The notes beneath the pieces were generated by a model, which was given only the letters and a program-made list of their open reading frames with translations, was not told where the DNA came from and did no database searches. Below are positions 1 to 9,562 of a DNA stretch of 64,000 bases, in pieces (within the stretch, counting starts at the first letter, position 1; each line of letters starts with the position of its first letter). The position numbers and the translations under genes are program-made. This stretch comes from an uncultured delta proteobacterium. GTDB taxonomy: Bacteria > Desulfobacterota > Desulfobacteria > Desulfobacterales > JAFDCJ01. The stretch is from the NCBI GenBank assembly GCA_963769935.1, contig CAVYNY010000013.1, positions 576,001 through 640,000 of the forward strand, read 5' to 3'.

Positions 1-31
1 ACTCAATTGGTTGCAACATATTACGGCCGAA

Positions 32-50
32 CTGCAACATGGTTTTGCAG
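32..50. promoter_or_regulatory. candidate sigma54 enhancer (bEBP UAS) palindrome
   Basis: CTGCAA-N7-TTGCAG; TGCAACAT also at 12-19 and 33-40 (21 bp apart); about 170 bp upstream of a sigma54-like promoter. Confidence 0.4.
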
Positions 51-212
51 CCCAGGTTGCTGTTCGGCTGGCGGAGGACAGACTATTTCTCAGGCTGAAT
101 GCTTGTTGGTCCACAGCCTGTCGGCCGCCGCCGGTCGATAATCCATCCCGGCGGCCGTGATAGGTGTCAGAAATTGAAACACTATGCAAAAAAGGCTGAC
201 AATGCCCCGTCC

Positions 213-228
213 TGGCACAGTTTTTGTA
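213..228 (+). promoter_or_regulatory. sigma54-like promoter (variant -12)
   Basis: TGGCACAGTTTTTGTA = GG-N10-GT, upstream of the metK-like gene. Confidence 0.45.
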
Positions 229-550
229 GCAACCCCTTCGGGAAGGCAGCCCCAACGCAGCGTCTCAAACAAAGGAACGGCTCATATCGAATAAACAACT
301 GGAGCCCATGCACTGAAAACCCCGCCCTAGTAAGAAAGTGCAGGCATCGCTCTGTGGATCGGCGATTTGCCCGCGATGGCCGGGTATCATCACCGACCGG
401 TTTAAACTTAGGAGGGATCCTGATGAACCCAGCACCGAGGAACGACCATACGCAAGCGTGTGGAGCTTTCTTTATCTATGCGGTCTTTTTGCCTGCTGGC
501 GCCGATGGACCACCGGCCTCTATTCTCGAGCTGAAACAAAGGAGCATCAG

Positions 551-1759
551 ATGGGAAACAGATACGTTCTGACCAGCGAGTCGATATCGGAAGGCCATCC
601 GGACAAGGTAGCGGATCAAATTGCCGATGCTATTCTGGATCTCTATCTGGCAGCCGACCCCCATGCCAGGGTGTTCTGTGAAACCGTGATCACCGAGGGC
701 AAGGTTATCGTGGCCGGAGAAGTCTCTTCCATCGTACCGGTGCCGGAAGAAAAAATTGAGGCGGCGATCCGGGAGGTGGTCCGAGATGTCGGCTACGGAG
801 ATCCGGTTTGGGGGTTCGGTGCGGATGCCTTTGTTTTGCAAAATGATCTGAATAACCGCTGTGGTGATGGATATAACGGCGAGCAGCAAGAAGACAACGA
901 GGCCGATGCCGGGAGGCAGGGAATCGTGTTCGGGTACGCCACCGATGAAACTCGCGAAAAAATGCCGCTGCCCATCCAGCTGGCTCACCGTCTCATGAAT
1001 CGCCATGCCGAAGTGCGCCGAACAGGCGAGCTGCCCTGGCTCGGGCCGAGTGCCAAGGTCCAGGTAACCGTTAGCTATAAAAATGGTGTGCCGTCAAAAG
1101 TCGAGCAGGTGACCCTTGCCACCCGTTGCAACGCCACGGGGAACGGAGCCTCCCTGCGGGAGGCGCTAGTCGAAGCCATTATCAACCCCGTGGTCCGGGA
1201 GCCATGGCGTGCCGGGGATATGGGCTGCCTGGTAAGCCCGGTAGGCAGCCGGGGGAACGGACGGACGGGGATCCATATCGGCGTGAGCGGCCGAAGGGTT
1301 GCTTCAGACACTTACGGAGGCAGTTGCCCCAATGGGGGCGGCGGGCTTTCCGGCAAGGACCCGACCCGTCTGGAACGCTTCGCGGCCTATGCGGTCCGCC
1401 AAGTCGCCAAGAACCTGGTCGCCGCCGGGATTGCCCGGCGTTGCACGGTCCAGTTGGGCTACGCGTTGGGAAAGGCCCGGCCGGTGACCATGAACATCGA
1501 TTTTCACGGCACGGGCCGTGTTCCTGAAATAGAGACCATGGCGGTGGTGAACCGAGTTTTCGATCTGAGTCAGTCGGGCACTATCAATCGCCTGCAACTG
1601 CTGCGGCCGATATACCGCCACTCCTCCGTTTACGGTCACTACGGGAGAGAAAAGGATCCCTATACATGGGAAAATGCCGATCAGGCGGACGTTCTTCGGG
1701 GCTTGGTCGCCGTGGCCCTCTCCAGCAAAGACTGTCCATCCATCTTCGTCGCCCTGTGA
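551..1759 (+). CDS. degenerate S-adenosylmethionine synthetase (MetK) paralog
   Basis: TSESISEGHPDK, DTYGG and SGKDP motifs and full MetK length; AAGGAG RBS before ATG 551; many substrate-binding residues substituted. Confidence 0.9.
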   Translation: MGNRYVLTSESISEGHPDKVADQIADAILDLYLAADPHARVFCETVITEGKVIVAGEVSSIVPVPEEKIEAAIREVVRDVGYGDPVWGFGADAFVLQNDLNNRCGDGYNGEQQEDNEADAGRQGIVFGYATDETREKMPLPIQLAHRLMNRHAEVRRTGELPWLGPSAKVQVTVSYKNGVPSKVEQVTLATRCNATGNGASLREALVEAIINPVVREPWRAGDMGCLVSPVGSRGNGRTGIHIGVSGRRVASDTYGGSCPNGGGGLSGKDPTRLERFAAYAVRQVAKNLVAAGIARRCTVQLGYALGKARPVTMNIDFHGTGRVPEIETMAVVNRVFDLSQSGTINRLQLLRPIYRHSSVYGHYGREKDPYTWENADQADVLRGLVAVALSSKDCPSIFVAL

Positions 1760-2077
1760 CAGCCGGTTCGTTTTCCGGCCGGTTGTCAGTGACTGCCGAC
1801 CAGTGTCCACGAACGGAACCCTTGTCACAAATAAAGACACTTCCAGGTATGCGCGCGTGTAAAAGGCGGTAACTGTCAGGATAGGGATAAACGAGCCGGG
1901 CCGAAATCTCCTGCCGAGAGGCGATGGCGTTCCCCGCCACGCTACGCGACCCGACTATCGTTGACTCCCCGTCCGACACGGGATCAGCGAGCCGTCCGTA
2001 CCCTGCATGTCACATCTGTAGACAATTGCCCGCGAGCACCCCCTGCCGAAGAACTTCCCTTGCATAAATATATATAA

Positions 2078-2123
2078 AATCAATGGCTTAAAGTTTTTAT
2101 TAAACCCCGGCACACTCCTTGCG
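2078..2123 (+). promoter_or_regulatory. IHF site plus sigma54 promoter of the glycyl-radical operon
   Basis: AATCAATGGCTTA (WATCAA-N4-TTR) at 2078-2090; CGGCACACTCCTTGCG (GG-N10-GC) at 2108-2123. Confidence 0.8.
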
Positions 2124-2206
2124 TAAGCAGTTCTCGAGACGTCTCCTCGAGAGAAAAGATTTTGTGGCACTAAAAATGGCTTTCACCCTTAGCGGAGGTA
2201 TTCCAA

Positions 2207-4930
2207 ATGACTAAAAACCCTAAAAAACTAAGAGATGTTTTGGCGGATGCCGGGATCCCCATGGATTTCCAGTCCGGTGGGGTCGCTCCCGACATACTGG
2301 TGGACCGCGAAGTAAAGCGCCAACCCCATCCCCGCGTACAGAAGCTGAAAGATATCTTCATGGATACGCTTTCATCCGCCACCAACGAATTCACCTATTG
2401 GTATACGCGGGAGTACATGCTGCACGACAATGAAATCCCGGTGGTACGCCGGGCCATGGCCCTCAAGAGTGCCTTTGCACACTCCACTCCGGTCATCTTC
2501 CCGGGGGAGTTGCTGACCATGCGCAAGGCCCCGTATTTCCGTGGGTCTTTCCCCATGCCCTGGCTTTCCGAGGGTTTCTATATGGCCAAGGAGGATGAGT
2601 TCTACCAGGAGGCCCTCAAGCGCGGATCAACGTCCGTGGATGAACATTCCAAATTCGGCCAGGGTGGAGGCAACGTGCCGAAAAGCTTCGGCAAGGTGGT
2701 TTCCATCGCCGGCAAATTCGGCATGCGCCAAGAGGAGATCCCGGCTCTGCTGAAGCTGGCCCGGATGTGGTACGGCAAATCCGTCGACGACCTGGGCAAC
2801 AAGTATGAGAAGATGGTGCCCAGCTACGGCACCAAGGAAAAGATCATGCGCAACATCGTTTGCATGTTCGATTCCGGCTTCACTCTGCCCCAGGGCCGCG
2901 AGGTCATCAATTACTACTATCCTCTAGAGTACGGCTTCGACGGTATCATCGAGATCGCCCGGGAAGGGAAGGCCGAGGTGGCCGGAAGGGCTGACGGCGA
3001 CGGCATGGTCGGTATAAACCGGCTGTACAACTACGAAGCGGTCATCCTGGCCGTGGAAGGAGTCCAGGCCTGGGTGCTGAACTACGCCAAGGAGGCCCGG
3101 CGCCTGGCTGGCATTGAAACCGACGCCCGGCAGAAAAAAGAGTACGAAGAGATGGCCGAACGTCTTGCGTGGATTGGTCACAATCCGCCGCGGACCTTCA
3201 TCGAGGCCTTTCAGATGATCATCACCATCCACATGGCAGTGCTCAACGAAGACGCCATTTCCGGGATGTCCCCGGGCCGCGTCGGGCAGGTCCTCTACCC
3301 GTATTTCGAGCAGGATATTGAAGCCGGCCGCATCACCGAAGACGAAGTCATCGAGCTTCTGGAGCAGGACCGGGTCATTAAGACCTCCATCGACTGTTTT
3401 GCTTCCATGGGCGTGGTCGGCGGCGTCCTCTCGGGCAACACCTTCAATACCCTGTCCATCGGCGGCTTGGACCGCAACGGCAAAGCCGTGGCCAACCGCC
3501 TCGAATACCTGATCTTGGAAGCAGGAGCCAACAATGCCATGCCCCAGTCCACCCTGGCCCTGCTATACAACGAAAAGCTCCCGGACGATTTTCTCATGCT
3601 GGCCATGGAGGTCATCAAAACCGGTGCAGGGTATCCGGCCTTCATGAACGACGATGTAGCCCAAGTCTTCCTCAAGCACCAGTATGGCCCCGAAGGGCTT
3701 GATTATAAAGATGCCCGGGCCTGGGCCATCGGCGGCTGCCTGGAAACCTCGGCCTGCATCTGGAAACCGCTGCATCTCAACGGCAAGGAATACTGGATTC
3801 CCGGCGGCGCCGGACAGCCCACCAGCGTTGGGGTTCACTTCATCTCCATGCCCAAGGTCCTGGAGCTGACCCTGAACAACGGCAAGGATCCCAGGACCGG
3901 CGAGCAGGTCTACGCCCCTCACAACAAGGCCCTGGCCACCTATGATGAGCTCTGGGAACAATACAAGCTCTACTGGCAGGAAACCGTCCTGGCCCTGGAT
4001 CTGTGCAACAACATCCAGCACGATGTCTGGCGCAAGAACAACATGGCGATTTTCAACTCCATGCTTAAGCCCGACTGCCTGGACAAAGGGCATCTGATCA
4101 ACGAACTCGGCTACCGTTTCAACGCTTCCTTCAATGTGGAGAGCGCCGGCACCATCAACCTGGTCAACTCCCTGGCGGCTCTGAACAAGCTGGTCTACGA
4201 CGACAAGGTCGTGACTCTGGAAGAGATGAAGGCCGCCATGAAGGCCAACTTCGGGTTCAAGACCGCCCATGAGATCAACTCCTTCTCCCTGGCCGATCAG
4301 GAAAAGGCCGAAAATGCAGGCGATGAATGGGACAAGGTCCACCACCTGTGCCTGCAGGCGCCCAAATACGGCAACGACGATCCGTATGCCGACAACATTC
4401 TGCGGGAATGGGAGAATTTCTTCTGCCCGGACTGCGCCAACTATGAATCCCTCTACGGTCATCCCCTCTATGCCTGTCAGATCTCCGTCTCCACCCACGG
4501 CGCAATGGGGTCGGCCACCCTGGCAACACCGGACGGGCGTCTGGCCGGAACCACCTTTGCGGATGCCTCCATGTCGGCTTACCCCGGCACGGATCGCAAC
4601 GGGCCTTTTGCCCTGATGAACTCGGCGTCGGTCTGGGATCATTCCATGTCCCAGAATTCTCAGCTCAACATCAAGATCCACCCCACCGCCATCAAGGGGT
4701 TGGAGGGCGCCAGGAAACTCCTGGACATGATCCGGGCTTACATGCGCAAGGGCGGCTTCCATGTCCAGTTCAATATCGTGGATTCCAAGGTGCTCAAAAA
4801 CGCCCAGGAGAACCCCCAGAACTATCGCGACCTCATGGTCCGGGTGGCGGGCTTTACCCAATACTGGGTCGAAATCGGCAAGAGCGTACAGGATGAACTC
4901 ATCGCCAGAACCGAATACGAAGGAGTCTAA
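2207..4930 (+). CDS. hpdB: glycyl-radical enzyme, 4-hydroxyphenylacetate decarboxylase large subunit-like
   Basis: 907 aa PFL-like; C-terminal RVAGF glycyl motif; GGCLE thiyl loop; QGRE, SGNTF, VHF and NVES motifs as recalled for HpdB/CsdB; small subunit follows directly. Confidence 0.85.
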   Translation: MTKNPKKLRDVLADAGIPMDFQSGGVAPDILVDREVKRQPHPRVQKLKDIFMDTLSSATNEFTYWYTREYMLHDNEIPVVRRAMALKSAFAHSTPVIFPGELLTMRKAPYFRGSFPMPWLSEGFYMAKEDEFYQEALKRGSTSVDEHSKFGQGGGNVPKSFGKVVSIAGKFGMRQEEIPALLKLARMWYGKSVDDLGNKYEKMVPSYGTKEKIMRNIVCMFDSGFTLPQGREVINYYYPLEYGFDGIIEIAREGKAEVAGRADGDGMVGINRLYNYEAVILAVEGVQAWVLNYAKEARRLAGIETDARQKKEYEEMAERLAWIGHNPPRTFIEAFQMIITIHMAVLNEDAISGMSPGRVGQVLYPYFEQDIEAGRITEDEVIELLEQDRVIKTSIDCFASMGVVGGVLSGNTFNTLSIGGLDRNGKAVANRLEYLILEAGANNAMPQSTLALLYNEKLPDDFLMLAMEVIKTGAGYPAFMNDDVAQVFLKHQYGPEGLDYKDARAWAIGGCLETSACIWKPLHLNGKEYWIPGGAGQPTSVGVHFISMPKVLELTLNNGKDPRTGEQVYAPHNKALATYDELWEQYKLYWQETVLALDLCNNIQHDVWRKNNMAIFNSMLKPDCLDKGHLINELGYRFNASFNVESAGTINLVNSLAALNKLVYDDKVVTLEEMKAAMKANFGFKTAHEINSFSLADQEKAENAGDEWDKVHHLCLQAPKYGNDDPYADNILREWENFFCPDCANYESLYGHPLYACQISVSTHGAMGSATLATPDGRLAGTTFADASMSAYPGTDRNGPFALMNSASVWDHSMSQNSQLNIKIHPTAIKGLEGARKLLDMIRAYMRKGGFHVQFNIVDSKVLKNAQENPQNYRDLMVRVAGFTQYWVEIGKSVQDELIARTEYEGV

Positions 4931-4931
4931 A

Positions 4932-5195
4932 ATGAAGAAACTATCATACCGCGACACGCGCAACTATGCGCCCATTGATGTGATCAAGGGCATCGACCTG
5001 CAAACCAAAAAATTCGTTATGGGGGATGCGGAGGCACCCGAGGGGGCCGAGATGATGCCCAAGTGCAAGTTCTGCAAAAACTTCACGGAGACCGAGGACT
5101 ACCTGGGAATCTGCGAATCGTCCAGGAATGATCCGAAGTTCATGTCTTACGGCGACATGTATGCGACGACTTGCGAAACATTCGAGGCCAGATAG
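4932..5195 (+). CDS. hpdC: HpdC-like decarboxylase small subunit (87 aa)
   Basis: ATG 1 nt after the large-subunit stop, AGGAG RBS; CKFC...GIC...TC C-terminal Fe-S ligands; resembles HpdC/CsdC. Confidence 0.8.
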   Translation: MKKLSYRDTRNYAPIDVIKGIDLQTKKFVMGDAEAPEGAEMMPKCKFCKNFTETEDYLGICESSRNDPKFMSYGDMYATTCETFEAR

Positions 5196-5207
5196 CGTTG
5201 CTGACCG

Positions 5208-5245
5208 CCGATGGCGGACGCGGCGGGGTGCCGCCCCGCCATCGG
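5208..5245 (+). other. GC-rich intercistronic hairpin
   Basis: CCGATGGCGG ... CCGCCATCGG inverted repeat, no U-tract. Confidence 0.55.
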
Positions 5246-5316
5246 GATAACGCGGGGCATCGGCCAAGGCCAAAAGCCACACGGCGGACGGCCCTGCAAG
5301 AAAGGGAGATGTTATT

Positions 5317-6645
5317 ATGGATGACACGAGAGCAAAAAGATACGGGTGGTCGGTTGTGGCGGCCTCCTGGCTGGCTGTGTTCTGCCTCTTCGGCTACCGG
5401 GCGACGTTTGCCATTCTCAAAGGCCCCATGAGCGCCGATTTAGGCTGGAGTCAGACCCAGGTCACCCTGGGGTATTCTCTGATGATGATGTTCTATGCCG
5501 TGACGGCCTTTTTCAGCGGGATGATTCTGGACAAATGGGGCACGAAGCCGGTTTACACGGTTGCCGCCATTTTTGGCGGGCTGGGCTTCTACACCACCAG
5601 CCTGATCAGCAGCCATCTGGCCTATTTGTTTACTTTCGGGCTTTTGGCAGAGATTGCAACGGGCATGCTGTGGGTGACGTCCACGGTTTCGGTGCGCAAA
5701 TGGTATGTCGGCAGATCCTACGGCACCATGTGGGGCATCGCCTTTGCCGGAGCGCCCATGGCCCAGTTTGTCCTGGCGTATGTCACAAAGGCGGCCCTGC
5801 GGGGCGATGCGGCGGACACCTGGCGGGGGGCAATGGTCCTTCTATCGGCGATCATGTTCGTTCTGCTGGTACTGGCGGTGATCCTGGCGAAGCGCAGCCC
5901 GGAAATATACAACATGAAACCCTTCGGGGAAATCCCCACCCGCGGGGGTGCGGCCCCGGCCGCGGAATACGAGTGGGGGGTCAAGGAGGCTTTTTCGACC
6001 TTTGCCGTCTGGGGGGCCATTCTTATGTTCTTGACCAGCATGATGGCCGAATTTCTCATCTGGACCCAGGTGGTCAGTTTCTGGGTGGCCGATCTGGGCT
6101 GGACCCGGGATACGGCGGTGCAAAGCTACGCCGTCATCGGGCTAGTGGGCATTTTCAGCATGCCCCTTTTGGGCATCGTGGCCGACAAGGTGGTGCAGGC
6201 GGTGGGCAACGAAGTCAAGGGGCGGAAGATCATGCTGTTCGTGGGACCGTTAACCGGGATCTTCGCCTGCGTCTTCCTGCTGATGTCGGGCAAAACCATC
6301 ATCTGGGCCTATGTGGCCTGCGTGATTTTCGCCATCTACTGGGCCATCGTTCCCGGCGGGGTCGTAGGGTACTGCGGGGCGGTTTACGGCCGCAAGACGC
6401 TGGGCAAAATCTGGGGGCTGTCCACATTAATTGTCATGGGCATCGGGCCTTTTACCGGTTCGTTCATCGGCGGCTGGCTCAAGGATGTCTCCGGCAGCTA
6501 TACCTATTCGATCTTTTATGCTCTGGGCTCTTTCGGTGTGTCAATGCTTCTGGCTCTGGCCTTGCCCATACATGCCCGGCAGAAGAGGTTCGCTCGGGTT
6601 TCGCTGGGTTTGCCCTCCGGTGAGGTGGCTCCGGCAGTGAAGTAA
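5317..6645 (+). CDS. MFS transporter (OFA/monocarboxylate-like)
   Basis: about 12 hydrophobic segments; GMILDKWG motif A. Confidence 0.9.
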   Translation: MDDTRAKRYGWSVVAASWLAVFCLFGYRATFAILKGPMSADLGWSQTQVTLGYSLMMMFYAVTAFFSGMILDKWGTKPVYTVAAIFGGLGFYTTSLISSHLAYLFTFGLLAEIATGMLWVTSTVSVRKWYVGRSYGTMWGIAFAGAPMAQFVLAYVTKAALRGDAADTWRGAMVLLSAIMFVLLVLAVILAKRSPEIYNMKPFGEIPTRGGAAPAAEYEWGVKEAFSTFAVWGAILMFLTSMMAEFLIWTQVVSFWVADLGWTRDTAVQSYAVIGLVGIFSMPLLGIVADKVVQAVGNEVKGRKIMLFVGPLTGIFACVFLLMSGKTIIWAYVACVIFAIYWAIVPGGVVGYCGAVYGRKTLGKIWGLSTLIVMGIGPFTGSFIGGWLKDVSGSYTYSIFYALGSFGVSMLLALALPIHARQKRFARVSLGLPSGEVAPAVK

Positions 6646-6874
6646 CATTTCGGAACGGCAAGTTAAAGGCTCCCGGTTTTGGCCGCCGTCATCGAGTCCG
6701 GCGAAGCGGGACGGCAGCGTAAACCAAGGCGTCCGGAATCGGGAGCTGCACTTAATGTTCATTCGCGGCGGGCAACCGTCGCTTCTATCGGCGATCCGGG
6801 GATGCGCACCAACCCGCGGCCCCTCAACCAAAGGCCTCTTGCGAGGCAGCCACAAACAGAAGGAGGAGTGATCG

Positions 6875-7888
6875 ATGAAAACTGACAAGCCCTCGGTGAC
6901 GGACAGGCAAAGCGTGGATATCACTTCAGGTGAGCCCAAAGCGCGGTGCCCTTTGGGGTCGGCGGTCCAGGGGCTGATTTTTGATATCCAAGGTCACTCC
7001 ATCCACGACGGTCCGGGCACCCGCACCACCGTCTTCATGTCCGGCTGCCCGTTGAGCTGCATCTGGTGCTGCAACCCTGAGGGGCTGCATCGCCAGCCGG
7101 TGGTTATGTACAAAGAGAGCAAATGCGTGTGCTGCGGCAAATGTATCGAAGCCTGCCTTTACGGAGCCGTCAGTGTCTCCAGGGAGGGCAAACTCGAACG
7201 GGTTCGAAGCCTGTGTAACATCTGCCGGACCTACGAATGCATCGGGGCCTGTTACCATGAAGCCATCGGACTCAGTGCCAAGTACTATTCGGTTGATGAC
7301 CTGATGCGCGTCTTTCAAAGGGACCGCCATTTCTGGGGTTCGCGGGGTGGGGTGACCTTCAGCGGCGGCGAGCCGCTTATGCAGCGGGAATTCATGACCG
7401 CAATGCTGAAGCGTTGCAAGGAAGGCTATATCCACACCTGCATCGAAACCACCTCCTGCCTGGATACCGATTACTTCCTCGGCATCATGCAATATGTCGA
7501 GTGGGCGTTCACCGACATCAAGCATATGGACCCGCAGGTCCACCGGAAGATCACCGGCGTGGACAACAAGCTGATTCTGCATAACATCCGACGCCTAGTT
7601 GAGGCTGACTGGGGCGGCTTTATCGTGCCGCGGATTCCCGTGGTACCCGCCATCAACGATACGGATGAGAATATCCGGGCCACGGCGCAATTCGTCCGAA
7701 GCTGCGGCCTGGAACTGATCAATATCCTGCCGTTTCACCGGCTCGGCGAATCCAAATACCGCCAACTGGGTCAGTGTTATCAGCTGGCCGATCAGGCGTC
7801 GCCTGCGGCGGAACAGATGAATCACCTGAAGAAGATAATCGAGGATGAAGGGCTGTACTGTTTTGTGGGCTGGGAGACCCCCTTTTGA
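6875..7888 (+). CDS. hpdA: glycyl-radical enzyme activating enzyme
   Basis: HDGPGTRT, CPLSCIWC radical-SAM motif, ferredoxin insert (CVCCGKC, CNIC..C..C), GGVTFSGGEP. Confidence 0.9.
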   Translation: MKTDKPSVTDRQSVDITSGEPKARCPLGSAVQGLIFDIQGHSIHDGPGTRTTVFMSGCPLSCIWCCNPEGLHRQPVVMYKESKCVCCGKCIEACLYGAVSVSREGKLERVRSLCNICRTYECIGACYHEAIGLSAKYYSVDDLMRVFQRDRHFWGSRGGVTFSGGEPLMQREFMTAMLKRCKEGYIHTCIETTSCLDTDYFLGIMQYVEWAFTDIKHMDPQVHRKITGVDNKLILHNIRRLVEADWGGFIVPRIPVVPAINDTDENIRATAQFVRSCGLELINILPFHRLGESKYRQLGQCYQLADQASPAAEQMNHLKKIIEDEGLYCFVGWETPF

Positions 7889-7975
7889 ATCCGTCTCCGT
7901 TGTTCAGATATAATGCCGCCATTCCCGAAACCGTGAGTGAATTCCCGCGCACCAAGTCATGCGAAGGAGACCGCC

Positions 7976-8533
7976 ATGGATAAAATTGCCACGGCCTGTG
8001 AGGCACTGATCCGGCAAATCATCGACCTGGAATGGGATATGTTCAGTCAGGTTAAATCTCAGAGCGAGGCAGTCTGCCAGCGACAGCCGGGAACCTTTCG
8101 CAGGATGCGCTGGATGAGCCACTGTGTGCTGCCATCGGCTGTCTTGCAGTCCTACCGGGATGATTTGAAGGCGGCCCAGGAGGCCGGGCGCAACCTGATG
8201 ACGGAAAAATACGCCCGAATGCAGGGATTGCTGCCCCCGCGGCAGGACAACCCGCTCATCGAAGATATCGTGGAAGTGGAAAGCGGATGGCTCAACGAGC
8301 TCATTGGAAAATATCCACGGATCTTCACTCGGGCCCAGGCGAGCTTCTGTCATTATGCCCGCAGCGAGTTGGGTACCTACTCGGAACACACCATTGAGCT
8401 GTATTGTGCCCATGTGAAAGAGGCCGAGGCAATCGGTCGCAATCTGGTCAGGGAACGATATACTCGCCTCTTCGGTCAAATGGGCATAGGCACCATCGAA
8501 GACGTAGATCGCGGTCGGGCGGCCCGTGGTTGA
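7976..8533 (+). CDS. DUF4125-like protein
   Basis: IIDLEWDMF..CQ..F..MR and GRNLMTEKYARM motifs; AAGGAG RBS. Confidence 0.75.
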   Translation: MDKIATACEALIRQIIDLEWDMFSQVKSQSEAVCQRQPGTFRRMRWMSHCVLPSAVLQSYRDDLKAAQEAGRNLMTEKYARMQGLLPPRQDNPLIEDIVEVESGWLNELIGKYPRIFTRAQASFCHYARSELGTYSEHTIELYCAHVKEAEAIGRNLVRERYTRLFGQMGIGTIEDVDRGRAARG

Positions 8534-8797
8534 CTGCAGACTGCATACTGGAAATGGTCACATTTAAATATGGTCAGTGGAAGCCCTGGCTGCCCCTGGC
8601 CGCCGACGTTAGCCATAAAGAGTCGAGACGGCTTCCAAGGCAGCTTATTCAACAGGTGGCCATTCTGATACCGGATAACCGGTAATATGTTGCCGATAAA
8701 CTGGATATTTCCTTATTAAATAGCAACAAATTACCATCTATAGAATTATACTTGATTTTCAATTTAATTGGTAATATATTGCTGATTAGAACATTAG

Positions 8798-9187
8798 ATG
8801 GAGGTTAATCAGCAAAAAATGTTTTATAAAATCGATTTCTCGGTAGCAACGAGTGGTCAGATCGAAGCTGCCCTCTGCAAGCGCTTGGAAAGCATACGGC
8901 TTTCCCGTAACATAACCCAAGCACAACTCGCTGAAGAAGCCGGCGTCTCGCCTAGAACCATCGGACGGCTTGAAAAGGGCCAAGGTGTTTCCATGGATAC
9001 TTTCATCCGGATTATGATGGCGCTTAGCATACAGCAAAATCTTGAAGCCCTGTTGCCGGATCCAAAGGTGAGACCAATCGAACGGGTTGGCATGGGCGCC
9101 GGAGAGCGTCAGCGCGCACGCCCTGCTAAATCGATGGATGAACTTCCAACTTGGTCGTGGGGTGACGGGGAGGACGATGGTGAATAA
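8798..9187 (+). CDS. XRE-family HTH regulator (HipB-like antitoxin)
   Basis: RLSRNITQAQLAEEAGVSPRTIGRLEKG; overlaps the start of a HipA-like remnant; true start may be 8819. Confidence 0.85.
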   Translation: MEVNQQKMFYKIDFSVATSGQIEAALCKRLESIRLSRNITQAQLAEEAGVSPRTIGRLEKGQGVSMDTFIRIMMALSIQQNLEALLPDPKVRPIERVGMGAGERQRARPAKSMDELPTWSWGDGEDDGE

Positions 9188-9407
9188 TGATGCACGCGTC
9201 GTTCTGTGGGGTAGTCACCGCACAAGCTTATGATCCGCTTCGGTAAAGCTATTGAAGAGCAATGTTTTGCGCGCATTGGACGCCCTTCATGTTGCGTGTG
9301 CTCTTGAGTGGCAGGCTGATCTCTTTGTAACCTCAGACCGAAGGCAACTTACGGCCGCCATGAGTACGGGTCTTCGTACTGAATACATAGGCCAGCCAAT
9401 CAGTTGA
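9177..9407 (+). pseudogene. HipA N-terminal stub joined to a PIN/VapC C-terminal fragment
   Basis: MVNNDARVVLWGS.. (HipA-like start), TGA at 9231, then LRALDALHVACALEWQADLFVTSDRRQ (PIN motif). Confidence 0.7.
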
Positions 9408-9492
9408 GCTGACGGGAAAAAGCTGGCGATTATTCGCTAAGATCTGTGCCACCTTGTGAGTTATCTGGCTCGCAGCTCACTTCCACATTGGC
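9391..9492 (+). mobile_element. degenerate attC-like site
   Basis: GCCAGCCAATCAGTTGAGCTG ... CAGCTCACTTCCACATTGGC; both AAC and GTT cores mutated. Confidence 0.55.
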
Positions 9493-9562
9493 TTGCAGGA
9501 GAGATGCCAAGAAATATGGCAAAACAAAAGCAACTATCCCGACGCTGCTCAAGCTTGGAGGA

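Noticed and set aside
338..550. 71-aa N-terminal extension of the MetK-like ORF
   Set aside because: MetK homology and the RBS start at ATG 551
230..550. SAM riboswitch upstream of the metK-like gene
   Set aside because: No recognisable SAM-I or SAM-II core could be identified by eye
2165..2181. Second sigma54 promoter TGGCACTAAAAATGGC
   Set aside because: GG-to-GC spacing is 11, not 10
3563..4963. 466-aa antisense ORF
   Set aside because: Shadow of the GC3-biased GRE gene; no motifs
5346..6623. 425-aa alternate-frame ORF
   Set aside because: Fully overlaps the MFS gene; Gly/Arg/His-rich frame artefact
9231..9233. Selenocysteine readthrough at the HipA/VapC TGA
   Set aside because: No Cys-equivalent position or evident SECIS; better explained as a deletion scar
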